From contig CAVXAH010000001.1 in assembly GCA_963759775.1 (NCBI GenBank), positions 400,682-464,681 of the forward strand: a DNA stretch of 64,000 nt, written 5' to 3'. The position numbers were made by a program, and so were the translations under genes. Below the pieces are notes generated by a model that was not told the DNA's origin, searched no databases, and saw only the letters and a program-made list of their open reading frames with translations. Positions 12,171-20,796 of the stretch are shown piece by piece. Source of the DNA: an uncultured bacterium (GTDB lineage Bacteria; Patescibacteriota; Minisyncoccia; Phycocordibacterales; Phycocordibacteraceae). Every line of letters begins with the position of its first letter. The stretch's first letter is position 1.

Positions 12171-12196
12171 AAACGCCGCCTTCCGAGGCGGCGTTT
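12171..12196 (+). terminator. hairpin after fusA
   Basis: AAACGCCGCC-TTCCGA-GGCGGCGTTT. Confidence 0.55.
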
Positions 12197-12254
12197 GTGG
12201 TACTGAGGTCATCGCAAAACGTAAATAAAAGTACACAAAACGCTTGTGCACAGC

Positions 12255-12284
12255 GGCCGCCCGAAAGGGCGGCCTGTGTTTTTA
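12255..12284 (+). terminator. rho-independent terminator (second, tandem) after fusA
   Basis: GGCCGCCC-GAAA-GGGCGGCC followed by TGTGTTTTTA. Confidence 0.7.
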
Positions 12285-12295
12285 TATGCCTCTTG

Positions 12296-12310
12296 TATAC
12301 TGTCCTCATG
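12296..12310 (+). promoter_or_regulatory. -10 box + 6 nt + ATG (leaderless layout)
   Basis: TATACT 12296-12301, GTCCTC, ATG 12308. Confidence 0.55.
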
Positions 12311-12697
12311 AAACATTACTTTGAAGGCAGAATAGCTCGTTTGAATTATTTTGTTGCAGGTATCGCGCTCTCAATTTCCTTGTCCATCGTCTCAAGCATA
12401 CTTAACAAAGTAGTTGGTGGGGTGGGAGCCAACCTGGTAGTTGGTCTCATCACGCTCGCCGCATTTATGCTAAGTCTTTCGCTTATGTTACGTCGCTTCC
12501 ATGACATGGGATGGAGCGGTTGGCATTCACTCTGGATGATTGTTCCGCTCGTGAACATCGTATTTTGTCTTATGCTCCTCTTCAAGCGCGGAACAGCGGG
12601 CGACAATCAGTACGGCAAAGATCCGGAGAAAGAAGTTCGTCTTTGGGAAAGCCTTTTCCCGAAAGCCCCGAGAATTTCTTCTCCACAACCCCTCTAG
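12308..12697 (+). CDS. DUF805-family inner membrane protein
   Basis: Start taken at the internal ATG. RLNYF...TM helices...LRRFHDMGWSGWHSLWMIVPLVNIVFCLMLLFKRGTAGDNQYGKDP matches the DUF805 signature (RRxHDxGxSGWW...G..G.N.YG). Confidence 0.8.
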   Translation: MKHYFEGRIARLNYFVAGIALSISLSIVSSILNKVVGGVGANLVVGLITLAAFMLSLSLMLRRFHDMGWSGWHSLWMIVPLVNIVFCLMLLFKRGTAGDNQYGKDPEKEVRLWESLFPKAPRISSPQPL

Positions 12698-12846
12698 CAC
12701 TTGCGCTTTCCGTAGGGCTCCGGTACATTTTCCCTAACGCATCTTGGCGTCGCTCTTTGGCTGTCTGCTTGGTTTAGTAGCGGGCCTGGAGTTTTTCCGA
12801 CTCGCGTCGGATTTATTTAACCGTTACCGATAATTACTAAATCGTA

Positions 12847-14051
12847 TGGCAGAATTCGATCGTTCAAAGCCGCACATGAACGTAGGTACCATCGGTCACG
12901 TTGACCACGGTAAGACCACGCTCACCGCCGGCATCCTCAACGTCCTTGACATGAACAAGGCAGCAGGCTACAGCGCCCGCGTTGAGGCATGTCGACAACA
13001 TCGACAACGCTCCTGAAGAAAAGGCTCGTGGTATTACGATCGCCCTCCACCACTCGAGTACGAGACACCGAACCGTCACTACGCGCACATCGACGCGCCA
13101 GGTCACGCTGACTACATCAAGAACATGATCACCGGTGCCGCCCAGATGGACGGCGCAATCCTCGTGGTTGCCGCAACTGACGGCGCTGATGCCTCAGACT
13201 CGCGAGCACATCCTCCTTGCAAAGCAGGTTGGTGTGCCTAAGAATCATCGTCTTCCTCAACAAGGTAGACATGGTTGATGACAAGGACATGATTGACCTC
13301 GTTGAAGAGGAAATCCGCGAACTTCTCACAAAGCAGGGCTTTGACGGCAGCAACACTCCAGTTATCCGTGGTTCAGGCCTCAAGGCTCTTGAAGCTAAGA
13401 CGCACAGATGACGAATGGGCACAGAAGGTTATGGAGCTCGTCGACACGCTGGACACGTACTTCCCAGATTCCAGAGCGCGAGACTCGACAAGCCATTCCT
13501 CATGCCAATCGAAGACATCTTCTCAATTGAAGGTCGCGGAACCGTGGTTACCGGTCGTATCGAACGCGGTATCGTCAAGGTTGGTGAGGAAGTCGAAATC
13601 GTTGGTATCAAGCCAACCGCAAAGACGACCGTTACTGGTATCGAAATGTTCAACAAGCAGCTTCAGCGAGGGTCAGGCTGGCGACAACGCAGGTATTCTT
13701 CTTCGCGGTACGAAGAAGGAAGACGTGCACCGCGGTCAGGTTCTCGCAAAGACTGGTTCTGTAACTCCGCACACTGACTTCGAGGCAGAGGTGTACATCC
13801 TCACGAAGGACGAAGGCGGTCGTCACACTCCATTCTTCACTGGCTACAAGCCACAGTTCTACGTCCGCACAACGGACGTGACTGGCGAAGTAACTCTTCC
13901 AGAAGGAAAGGAAATGGTTATGCCAGGCGACACCGTTACCTTCAAGGTGAAGCTCGTTGCGCCAGTTGCTCTTGAGGACAAGACTCGCTTCGCTATTCGC
14001 GAAGGAGGCAAGACGGTAGGTGCAGGCGTTGTGACGAAGATCGTCGCCTAA
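12847..14051 (+). pseudogene. tuf: elongation factor Tu, disrupted as assembled by about 8 single-base indels between ~12985 and ~13670
   Basis: [28 protein letters not shown] at the start. Frame hopping yields [85 protein letters not shown]..., [28 protein letters not shown]. The last ~125 aa are intact to 14051. Confidence 0.9.
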
Positions 14052-14072
14052 ACCCTAGAATTAATCACTCGT

Positions 14073-14459
14073 ATGGCAACCGCAGCAAAAACAGCAAAAC
14101 CGAAGCGCGCTCCGAAGGCAAGCGTCGGCAGTCGCAGCGGCAGCCGCAGCAGGAGCACAAGCTCCGCATCCGCGTGCGTGCCTACGAGCACAAGATTCTC
14201 GATCTCTCGGTGAAGCAGATTATGGACACGGCAACTCGCTTCGATGCGAAGGTCGTCGGACCCGTTCCGCTTCCAACCGAGATCAAGCGCTGGACCGTGA
14301 ACCGCTCAACGTTCGTCCACAAAGACGCGCGCGAGCAGTTCGAGATGCGCATTCATAAGCGCCTCATCGATATCCTGAACCCAGCGCCCAAAGGTGATCG
14401 AGGCTCTCACGAACCTCAATCTTCCTTCCGGCGTCACGATTGACGTGAAGATGGTCTAA
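14073..14459 (+). pseudogene. rpsJ: 30S ribosomal protein S10 with N-terminal basic extension; at least 2 indels
   Basis: Core [72 protein letters not shown] in ORF 14174... An extra G near 14394 hides the natural end [21 protein letters not shown]. The ATG at 14073 is in a different frame. Confidence 0.85.
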
Positions 14460-14478
14460 CAAGGTCCGACCTTGTACA

Positions 14479-14508
14479 CAAAACCGCCCGGAGGGGCGGT
14501 TTTGTCTT
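14479..14508 (+). terminator. rho-independent terminator after rpsJ
   Basis: AAAACCGCCC-GGAG-GGGCGGTTTT followed by GTCTT. Confidence 0.75.
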
Positions 14509-14545
14509 AACCCTTATTTCATACGCTCTTTTTTATAATACAAAC

Positions 14546-14650
14546 CTGTGTCCGCGAGCTTCCTTGCTCTAATGCTTGCTAGGAGAAATCAAGAGCAAGC
14601 ACGGATACGGCGCGAAAATGCCGCCCTTAAACAAGGCGGCATTTTTGTAT
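14546..14650 (+). ncRNA. candidate ~100-nt small RNA with its own promoter and terminator between rpsJ and rplC
   Basis: TATAAT at 14534-14539. Nested helices GTGTCCG/CGGATAC and CTTGCTCT/AGAGCAAG around a 21-nt loop. Terminator AAAATGCCGCC-N9-GGCGGCATTTT at 14615-14645 plus a T-run. Confidence 0.4.
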
Positions 14651-14669
14651 CCACCCTTCTTTTAATTTC

Positions 14670-14698
14670 TTGCATCTTTTTGGGGGCTCCTGTACAGT
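14670..14698 (+). promoter_or_regulatory. promoter TTGCAT-17-TACAGT for the rplC unit
   Basis: TTGCAT 14670-14675, 17-nt spacer, TACAGT 14693-14698. Confidence 0.55.
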
Positions 14699-14704
14699 GC
14701 CCGT

Positions 14705-14777
14705 ACCGCTAAGTCCCTTCGGGGACCAATGGCTCGGAGGGTTCAAAACCCGACGCGCTCTTGTAGCGCATTTTTTA
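14705..14777 (+). promoter_or_regulatory. structured rplC leader with UUCG hairpin and attenuator-like hairpin plus T-run
   Basis: GTCCC-TTCG-GGGAC (14713-14726). GCGCT-CTTGT-AGCGC followed by ATTTTTTA immediately before ATG 14778. Confidence 0.4.
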
Positions 14778-15395
14778 ATGAAATTTATTCTTGCAAAGAA
14801 ACAGGGGATGACCCGCATTTACACGGAGGACGGCCGCGCCTTGGCTGGCACTGTGCTTAAAGCAGACTCCATCGTTGTCACCCAGGTGAAAACTGCGGAC
14901 GGCAAGGACAAGTATGCCGCTGTGCAAGTAGGATTTGGTACACGCAAAGCATCTCGCGTTGGTAAGGCAGTCCTTGGTCACACGAAAGGCAAGGGCTACG
15001 CAGATATTCGCGAGTTCCGCATGGAAGCCGGCGACCTCGCCGTTGGTTCGGAAATAAAAGTAGATACATTTGCTCCAGGCGACACGGTGCAGGTCTCGGG
15101 TCTTTCAAAAGGTCACGGGTTTGCGGGCGTGGTGAAGCGCCACGGCTTCCACGGCGGTCCTCGCACCCACGGTCAGAAGCACTCTGAACGCGAGCCGGGT
15201 TCTATCGGTGGTTCGGGTGGTCGCGCCGGAGGTCGCGTTGCAAAAGGCATTCGCATGGCAGGACGCATGGGACAAGACCGCGTCACCGTAACAAACCTCA
15301 AGATTCTTGCGGTTGATCCGGCTACAAACGAAATCATCGTTTCGGGCGCAGTTCCCGGCGCGCGCGGCACCTTGCTTGAGGTCGTCTCCAAGTAA
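14778..15395 (+). CDS. rplC: 50S ribosomal protein L3
   Basis: Start at internal ATG: MKFILAKKQGMTRIYTEDG... (typical L3 N-terminus KKxGMT); ...GFAGVVKRHGFHGGPRTHGQ. Confidence 0.95.
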   Translation: MKFILAKKQGMTRIYTEDGRALAGTVLKADSIVVTQVKTADGKDKYAAVQVGFGTRKASRVGKAVLGHTKGKGYADIREFRMEAGDLAVGSEIKVDTFAPGDTVQVSGLSKGHGFAGVVKRHGFHGGPRTHGQKHSEREPGSIGGSGGRAGGRVAKGIRMAGRMGQDRVTVTNLKILAVDPATNEIIVSGAVPGARGTLLEVVSK

Positions 15396-15409
15396 TTTTC
15401 AATACTCGT

Positions 15410-16201
15410 ATGGCAAACACAATTAAAAAAAGAATTAAGAGACATGCAGGACTTTCGGGAACTGCAAAGAGAAAGGCTTCAAAGGCGCGCGCTCCGAAAG
15501 CGGAGAAAGCTGCTTATGTTCCCGCAGTTGCTGGCCCAATGGAAGCACAGGTGTACGGAATGGATGGCAAGAAGGTTTCAACCATTGCACTTCCTGCAGA
15601 GCTTTTCGGCCTCAAGTGGCGCCCTGACTTCGTGCACCAGGTGACAACGGCACTCGCCGCAAACCTGCGCCAAAACCGTGCTCACACGAAGGACCGCGCA
15701 GAGGTAGCCGGTGGCGGAAGAAAGCCGTGGAAGCAGAAAGGCACCGGCCAGGCTCGTCACGGCTCTACGCGTTCTCCTATTTGGCGCCACGGAGGTGTTA
15801 CGTTTGGTCCGCGCTCCACGCGCGACTATTCCGAGAAGGTGAACCGCAAAATGCGTGTGGGTGCACTTCTTACCGTGCTTTCGCAGAAAGCAAAAGACGG
15901 CGAAATTATTTTCGTAGACAAGCTTGCTTTTGCTGCACCAAAGACGAAAGATGCGGTGAAGACGCTTGCGGCGCTTTCAAAGTCCTCGCACGCCAAGCTC
16001 CTTTCGGAGACTGGCGGTAACAGCGCCCTTATTGCTCTCACGTCGTACGATGTAAATGCAATCAAGAGCTTCCGCAACATGCAGGGAGTTTCGACCGAGG
16101 AAGTGCGCAACCTGAACCCGCTCAACGTCCTCTCGTACCGCTATCTCATCGTTGAGAAGCCGGAGGAGACGTTTAAGATTTTGACTTCACGCTCTAAATA
16201 A
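15410..16201 (+). CDS. rplD: 50S ribosomal protein L4 with ~45-aa basic N-terminal extension
   Basis: ...GGGRKPWKQKGTGQARHGSTRSPIWRHGGVTFGP, typical L4. Confidence 0.95.
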   Translation: MANTIKKRIKRHAGLSGTAKRKASKARAPKAEKAAYVPAVAGPMEAQVYGMDGKKVSTIALPAELFGLKWRPDFVHQVTTALAANLRQNRAHTKDRAEVAGGGRKPWKQKGTGQARHGSTRSPIWRHGGVTFGPRSTRDYSEKVNRKMRVGALLTVLSQKAKDGEIIFVDKLAFAAPKTKDAVKTLAALSKSSHAKLLSETGGNSALIALTSYDVNAIKSFRNMQGVSTEEVRNLNPLNVLSYRYLIVEKPEETFKILTSRSK

Positions 16202-16207
16202 ACTCAT

Positions 16208-16576
16208 ATGGCACTTTTTGGATCAACAAAGAAAGCAGAGGGAAAGAAAAAGGACGCACATAAGTCGTACGCGAAGGCGCGCGCCCATGTAGCTGGCCGC
16301 GCGCACGAGATTATCCGTGCCCCATGGTTCTCCGAGAAAGCACTCCTCTCAACCGACAAAGGTATCTATGCATTTGTGGTTCCGCAGGAAGCTACGAAGG
16401 CGGACATCGCGGGCGCTATCAATGAAATCTACAAGGTGAAGCCAAAGAAAATCCGCGTCGTGAATCTTCCGGGAAAGCGAGTCACCATGCGAAATCGCCG
16501 CGGTATGGGTACGCGCGCCGCGCGCCGTAAGGCCTATGTGTACCTGCACGCAGGTGACACCATCAAATTTGCTTAA
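16208..16576 (+). CDS. rplW: 50S ribosomal protein L23
   Basis: Position between rplD and rplB. ...IIRAPWFSEKA...FVVPQEATKADIAGAINEIYKVKP. Confidence 0.93.
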   Translation: MALFGSTKKAEGKKKDAHKSYAKARAHVAGRAHEIIRAPWFSEKALLSTDKGIYAFVVPQEATKADIAGAINEIYKVKPKKIRVVNLPGKRVTMRNRRGMGTRAARRKAYVYLHAGDTIKFA

Positions 16577-16585
16577 TCTATTCCT

Positions 16586-17434
16586 ATGAAATCCTACCGA
16601 CCTTACACCAAGAGCCGCCGCTTCATGACGACGCTTCCCTACAAGGAGCTTCTTTCGGGCGACCGTCCGCACAAGGCGCTCCTAAGGGCCAAGAAGCGCC
16701 AAGGCGGGAGAAACGACTTTGGTCGCATCACGACCCGTCACCAGGGAGGAGGTCACAAGCGCCGCCTTCGCGATGTTGATTTCTCATACAACAAGAAAAA
16801 CATTCCTGCGAAAATAGAGACGATTGAGTATGATCCGTTCCGCTCAGCGTTTATCGCGCTCGCACTCTACGCAGACGGAGAGCGCCGTTACGTCATCGTT
16901 CCGAAAGGCACGAAAGTGGAAGATTCGTTTATCGTTTCCGAAGACGCACCGGTCACATCGGGGAACCGCATGCCGCTTGGGAAAATCCCCGTTGGTACGT
17001 TTGTGTACAACATTGAGCTCCAGCCTTCCGCAGGCGCAAGTCTCGTGCGCTCCGCAGGCAACTACGCAGAAGTGGTCGCTCATGACGCAGGCTTCGCTCA
17101 GGTGAAACTTCCCTCAACTGAAATCCGCAAGATTTCAGACCTTTGCTGGGCATCTATTGGTGCAGTGGGGAATGAGGAATACAACCTCGTTGTTATCGGC
17201 AAGGCAGGTCGTGCACGCTGGATGGGTATTCGCCCAACCGTTCGTGGTACGGTCATGAACCCGGTAGACCACCCACACGGCGGTGGTGAAGGTAAGCAGG
17301 GCCGCGGTTTGAAGCGCGCCAAGTCCCTCTGGGGCAAGCCAACCGGCAAGGGCCAAAAGACTCGTACGCCAAAGAAGTACTCAAACGTTTTCATCATCTC
17401 CCGCCGCAAGGTTGGAAAGAAGCGAAACGGATAA
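16586..17434 (+). CDS. rplB: 50S ribosomal protein L2
   Basis: ...RHQGGGHKRRLR...VRGTVMNPVDHPHGGGEGK, typical L2. Confidence 0.97.
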   Translation: MKSYRPYTKSRRFMTTLPYKELLSGDRPHKALLRAKKRQGGRNDFGRITTRHQGGGHKRRLRDVDFSYNKKNIPAKIETIEYDPFRSAFIALALYADGERRYVIVPKGTKVEDSFIVSEDAPVTSGNRMPLGKIPVGTFVYNIELQPSAGASLVRSAGNYAEVVAHDAGFAQVKLPSTEIRKISDLCWASIGAVGNEEYNLVVIGKAGRARWMGIRPTVRGTVMNPVDHPHGGGEGKQGRGLKRAKSLWGKPTGKGQKTRTPKKYSNVFIISRRKVGKKRNG

Positions 17435-17435
17435 G

Positions 17436-17467
17436 AAAAAAGCCCCGCAATGCGGGGCTTTTTGTTT
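17436..17467 (+). terminator. rho-independent terminator between rplB and rpsS
   Basis: AAAAAGCCCCG-CAAT-CGGGGCTTTTTGTTT. Confidence 0.75.
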
Positions 17468-17561
17468 AGTTTCTGTACGTGTGTTACGAAACAATAAATA
17501 ACAGACCTGTCAACGTTTTAAAACGGCCTAGTAATTACCTATCTCTTTAAAATCGGTCAAG

Positions 17562-17590
17562 TTGACGGCGATAAAGCCTTCCTGTATGTT
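17562..17590 (+). promoter_or_regulatory. promoter TTGACG-17-TATGTT for the rpsS unit
   Basis: TTGACG 17562-17567, 17-nt spacer, TATGTT 17585-17590. Confidence 0.55.
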
Positions 17591-17598
17591 TGCCCTAT

Positions 17599-17620
17599 CC
17601 CGCTTCGCGGGTTTTCATTT
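17599..17620 (+). promoter_or_regulatory. leader hairpin plus T-run just upstream of rpsS (attenuator-like)
   Basis: CCCGC-TTC-GCGGG followed by TTTTCATTTT; ATG at 17628. Confidence 0.35.
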
Positions 17621-17627
17621 TCTAACT

Positions 17628-17978
17628 ATGTCCCGCAGTCTTAAAAAAGGGCCTTATGTGGACGTAAAACTCCTCGAGAAGATCCAAGGAAAGAAACCCA
17701 GCAGGTCTGAGGTTATTAAGACGTGGGCACGCAGTTCCCAGATTAGCCCCGAAATGGTCGGATTTACGTTTGGCGTCCACAACGGCAAACAGCACATAGA
17801 CGTCCTCGTCTCGGAAGAGATGGTAGGGCATCGTCTCGGTGAGTTTTCGCCAACAAAGAAATTCACTCGCCACGGAGGCAAGATGCAGAAAGAGCTTGAG
17901 CAAAAACAGCAAGAAAGCGAAATCGCTTCTGCAAAATCGGCTGCCGCCGCTCCTGCTGCGAAAGCTCCAGCTAAATAA
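17628..17978 (+). CDS. rpsS: 30S ribosomal protein S19 with Ala/Lys-rich C-terminal extension
   Basis: [12 protein letters not shown]...[27 protein letters not shown]. Start at the internal ATG, since the ORF-track start overlaps the promoter. Confidence 0.95.
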   Translation: MSRSLKKGPYVDVKLLEKIQGKKPSRSEVIKTWARSSQISPEMVGFTFGVHNGKQHIDVLVSEEMVGHRLGEFSPTKKFTRHGGKMQKELEQKQQESEIASAKSAAAAPAAKAPAK

Positions 17979-17981
17979 AGT

Positions 17982-18299
17982 ATGAAAGCGATTCTTGATA
18001 ACTACAATCAGTCCCCACGAAAAGTCCGTCTCGTGACGGAGCTCGTGAAGGGAAAGAAAGTCTCGCAAGCTCTTGCGGCGCTTGATTTCTTGCCGAAGCG
18101 CGCCGCAGAGCCCATCAAGAAGCTTATTCAAAGCGCCGTTGCAAACGCAAAGGCAGGAGGTGCAAAGTCTGAGGACCTTACCGTAAAGACACTCACGGTT
18201 GAGAGTGCCGGCATGATGGTTCGCTACATGCCGCGCGCTATGGGTCGCGCAACACCGATTCGCCGCAAAAAGTCCCGCATCAAGCTCACGCTCGCATAA
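17982..18299 (+). CDS. rplV: 50S ribosomal protein L22
   Basis: ...SPRKVRLVTELVKGKKVSQALAALDFLPKRAAEPIKKLIQSAVANA. Confidence 0.94.
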   Translation: MKAILDNYNQSPRKVRLVTELVKGKKVSQALAALDFLPKRAAEPIKKLIQSAVANAKAGGAKSEDLTVKTLTVESAGMMVRYMPRAMGRATPIRRKKSRIKLTLA

Positions 18300-18332
18300 T
18301 TTTTATATGACCCGACACACTACAAAGGCGTT

Positions 18333-18361
18333 GACTAACACACTGCTGCAGTGTGTTAGTC
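18333..18361 (+). other. 13-bp perfect hairpin between rplV and rpsC (processing site or terminator without T-run)
   Basis: GACTAACACACTG-CTG-CAGTGTGTTAGTC inside a ~155-nt gap unusual for this gene junction. Confidence 0.5.
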
Positions 18362-18454
18362 GTTGTGCAGAAAATCACGATGGGGTACTGTCGGTCGACA
18401 TGACTGCGCACTTTACTAGCTCAAAGGCAAACTACGCCTTTTAGTGTGACGGGT

Positions 18455-19180
18455 ATGACACATACCGTACATCCATACGCGCACCGCCTCGGCATCATCC
18501 GTGACTGGAAGAGTCGTTGGTTTGCAGGCGACAAGAAAAGCTACCGCGAAAACGTCAAAGTAGACGAGACTATTCGTAGATTCCTTACCAAGAAGCTTCG
18601 AGGCACCTACACCTCCGGCATTGAGATTGAGCGCTCGGCAAATGAGCTCAAGGTTATTCTTGCAACCGCACGTCCGGGTCTCGTGATTGGTCGCTCGGGA
18701 GAGAATGCAACGAAGATTCGAAAAGAAATCGCCGACCAGGTGAGAAAAATCGCTCCCAAGCACGGCCGTGTCGTTAAGTTTGACATCGTAGAGGTGCGTC
18801 AGCCGGAGCTTGATGCGGCAGTCGTTGCCTACATGGTTGCCGAAGGTCTTGAGAAGCGCCTACCATTTCGCCGCGTGCTCAAAAGCACGCTTGAGAAGGT
18901 GGATGCAATTAAAGAGGTGGAAGGTGTGCGCATCGTTATCTCTGGACGCCTCGGAGGCGCTGAGATGAGCCGCAAAGAGCAGGTTAAGAAAGGGCGCATC
19001 CCGCTCCAGACGTTCCGTGCAGACATCGACTTCGCGCACGAGAGAGCGTACCTTCCGTACGGCGTTATTGGCGTTAAGGTATGGATCTATCGCGGCAATA
19101 TCTATAACGACAAGAAAGCGGCCGCACGCCAGCAAGAAACGATGAATCCTTCGCGTCTCCCTGCGCAGGCAAACGCATAA
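18455..19180 (+). CDS. rpsC: 30S ribosomal protein S3
   Basis: MTHTVHPYAHRLGIIRDWKSRWFA..., KH-domain region, ...RIPLQTFRADIDFA. An alternative GTG start lies at 18446. Confidence 0.95.
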   Translation: MTHTVHPYAHRLGIIRDWKSRWFAGDKKSYRENVKVDETIRRFLTKKLRGTYTSGIEIERSANELKVILATARPGLVIGRSGENATKIRKEIADQVRKIAPKHGRVVKFDIVEVRQPELDAAVVAYMVAEGLEKRLPFRRVLKSTLEKVDAIKEVEGVRIVISGRLGGAEMSRKEQVKKGRIPLQTFRADIDFAHERAYLPYGVIGVKVWIYRGNIYNDKKAAARQQETMNPSRLPAQANA

Positions 19181-19189
19181 TATTTTTGT

Positions 19190-19609
19190 ATGTTATTTCC
19201 TAAAAAGGTAAAGCACAGAAAGTGGCAGACGGGACGCAAGAATGCGAAGCGTCTTCGACGTCCTGAAACACGCGGTATCACTATTGCGAACGGGTCGTTT
19301 GCGCTCAAGGCTATTACTCCAGCCCGTGTCACTTCAAATCAGATCGAGTCTGCTCGAAAAGTGCTCACTCGCGCAGTCGCAAAAAGCGGCAAGCTCTGGA
19401 TTCGCATTTTCCCGGACCGTCCGGTGACGGCGAAGCCGGCAGAAGTGGGCATGGGTTCTGGAAAGGGCGATCCGACGCATTACGTGTTTGAGGTGCGCCC
19501 AGGACGCGTGCTTTTTGAGCTTGACGGCGTTGCAGAAGACGTCGCGCGCCTCCACTTGAAGCAAGCGGGATCAAAGCTTCCGGTGAAAACCATCATCGTC
19601 ACCCGCTAA
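19190..19609 (+). CDS. rplP: 50S ribosomal protein L16
   Basis: MLFPKKVKHRKWQTGR...MGSGKGDPTHYVFEVRPGRVLFEL. Confidence 0.96.
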   Translation: MLFPKKVKHRKWQTGRKNAKRLRRPETRGITIANGSFALKAITPARVTSNQIESARKVLTRAVAKSGKLWIRIFPDRPVTAKPAEVGMGSGKGDPTHYVFEVRPGRVLFELDGVAEDVARLHLKQAGSKLPVKTIIVTR

Positions 19610-19613
19610 TCGT

Positions 19614-19835
19614 ATGACCAAGAAAACTACTATGAAAACAAAGACGAACGAGGAGCTCTCAAAACTACTCACCGATACGCGCGGAGAGCTTCGCACGCTT
19701 CGCTTTGAAGCGGCAGGCGCTCGTCCGAAGGAGTCCAACGCCCCACGCAAGGCACGAAAGACGATTGCGCGTGTTCTCACCGAGCTCACGGCACGTTCTC
19801 ACGGTGCTCCCACAGCTTCGAAAAAAACAGCATAA
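19614..19835 (+). CDS. rpmC: 50S ribosomal protein L29
   Basis: Position. ...TNEELSKLLTDTRGELRTLRFEAAGARPKESNAPRKARKTIARVLTEL. Confidence 0.9.
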   Translation: MTKKTTMKTKTNEELSKLLTDTRGELRTLRFEAAGARPKESNAPRKARKTIARVLTELTARSHGAPTASKKTA

Positions 19836-19841
19836 CTTTTT

Positions 19842-20123
19842 ATGGAACACACCACTTCTCACATTCAGTCATTTGCCGGCACCGTCGTAAAGACGGCAAT
19901 GAAAGACACGGCCACCGTCCGCGTTGACCGCTTTGTGAAGCACGCAAAGTACAAGAAGTATTTTGTGCGTTCAAAGAAATTCCTGGTTCACGATCCAGGC
20001 AACACGGCTCAAGTCGGAGACAAGGTGACGATCGTTTCGTGCCGCCCGATTTCAAAAATGAAGCGTTTCAAGCTCGCAAGCCACAAAATAATATGTTGCA
20101 GGATAAATCACTCGTCACGATAG
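19842..20123 (+). CDS. rpsQ: 30S ribosomal protein S17 (3' end uncertain; ORF runs 31 nt into rplN)
   Basis: ...FAGTVVKTAMKDTATVRVDRFVKHAKYKKYFVRSKKFLVHDPGNTAQVGDKVTIVSCRPISKMKRFKL. The tail after KLASHKII looks like read-through. Confidence 0.88.
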   Translation: MEHTTSHIQSFAGTVVKTAMKDTATVRVDRFVKHAKYKKYFVRSKKFLVHDPGNTAQVGDKVTIVSCRPISKMKRFKLASHKIICCRINHSSR

Positions 20124-20470
20124 CAGACAACTCCGGCGGTAAAATCGCCCGCGTGTTCAAGGTGCTCGGCGGTTCAAAGCGTCGTTACGCAGATATTGGC
20201 GACACGGTCGTTATCTCTATCCAAGTTGCTGAGCCCCGCAAACGCGTGAAGAAGAAAGAGGTGTACCGCGCGGTTGTGGTGCGCCAGAAAAATGCATTTC
20301 GCCGCAAAGACGGTTCCTACATCCGCTTTGATGAGAATGCGGTCGTCATCATTGAGAAAGCAAGGTAAGGAAATGGCACCGAAAGGGAACCGTGTGTTCG
20401 GTCCAGTGCCGCGCGAGCTTTCCGAGCGCGGCTGGCACGCATCATCTCGCTCGCCCCTGAAGTCGTCTAA
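20093..20470 (+). CDS. rplN: 50S ribosomal protein L14, two indels near the 3' end
   Basis: MLQDKSLVTIADNSGGKIARVFKVLGG...IRFDENAVVII in ORF 20039..20368. Continuation GNRVFGPVPRELSERGW (frame of 20274..20480) and the end IISLAPEVV* (stop 20468-20470) are each in another frame. Confidence 0.9.
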
Positions 20471-20476
20471 ACTCCT

Positions 20477-20791
20477 ATGAATACTATGCACATCAAGAAA
20501 GGCGACAAAGTGCAGGTGCTGCCGGGCAAGGACAAGGGTAAGAGTGGAGAGGTTATCCGCGCGTTTCCGCGCGAGTCGATGATCGTCATCGAGGGTGTCG
20601 CAATCGTCAAACGCCATCTCAAAGGCTCTCAGGGCCAGACGGGCCGCATTGTGGAGCGCCCACGCCCGATTCACGTCTCAAACGTCATGCTCATCGATCC
20701 AGATACAAAGAAACCGAGCCGCGTACGCATCGAGAAGCGTGATGGTGTCCGCACGCGTGTCGCTGTGAAGAGCAAGACGCCAGTCAAGTAA
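20477..20791 (+). CDS. rplX: 50S ribosomal protein L24
   Basis: MHIKKGDKVQVLPGKDKGKSGEVIRAF, KOW motif. Confidence 0.94.
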   Translation: MNTMHIKKGDKVQVLPGKDKGKSGEVIRAFPRESMIVIEGVAIVKRHLKGSQGQTGRIVERPRPIHVSNVMLIDPDTKKPSRVRIEKRDGVRTRVAVKSKTPVK

Positions 20792-20796
20792 AAAGT

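Noticed and set aside
14572-14712. 46-codon ORF (MLARRNQEQARIRRENAALKQGGIFVSTLLLISCIFLGAPVQCPYR) in the rpsJ-rplC spacer
   Set aside because: It would read through an intrinsic terminator and the rplC promoter. An RNA-level function seems more likely, but this is not excluded.
14699-14777. tRNA-like sequence (GGGTTCAAAACCC) in the rplC leader
   Set aside because: No acceptor, D or anticodon arms can be drawn. It is only a short hairpin.
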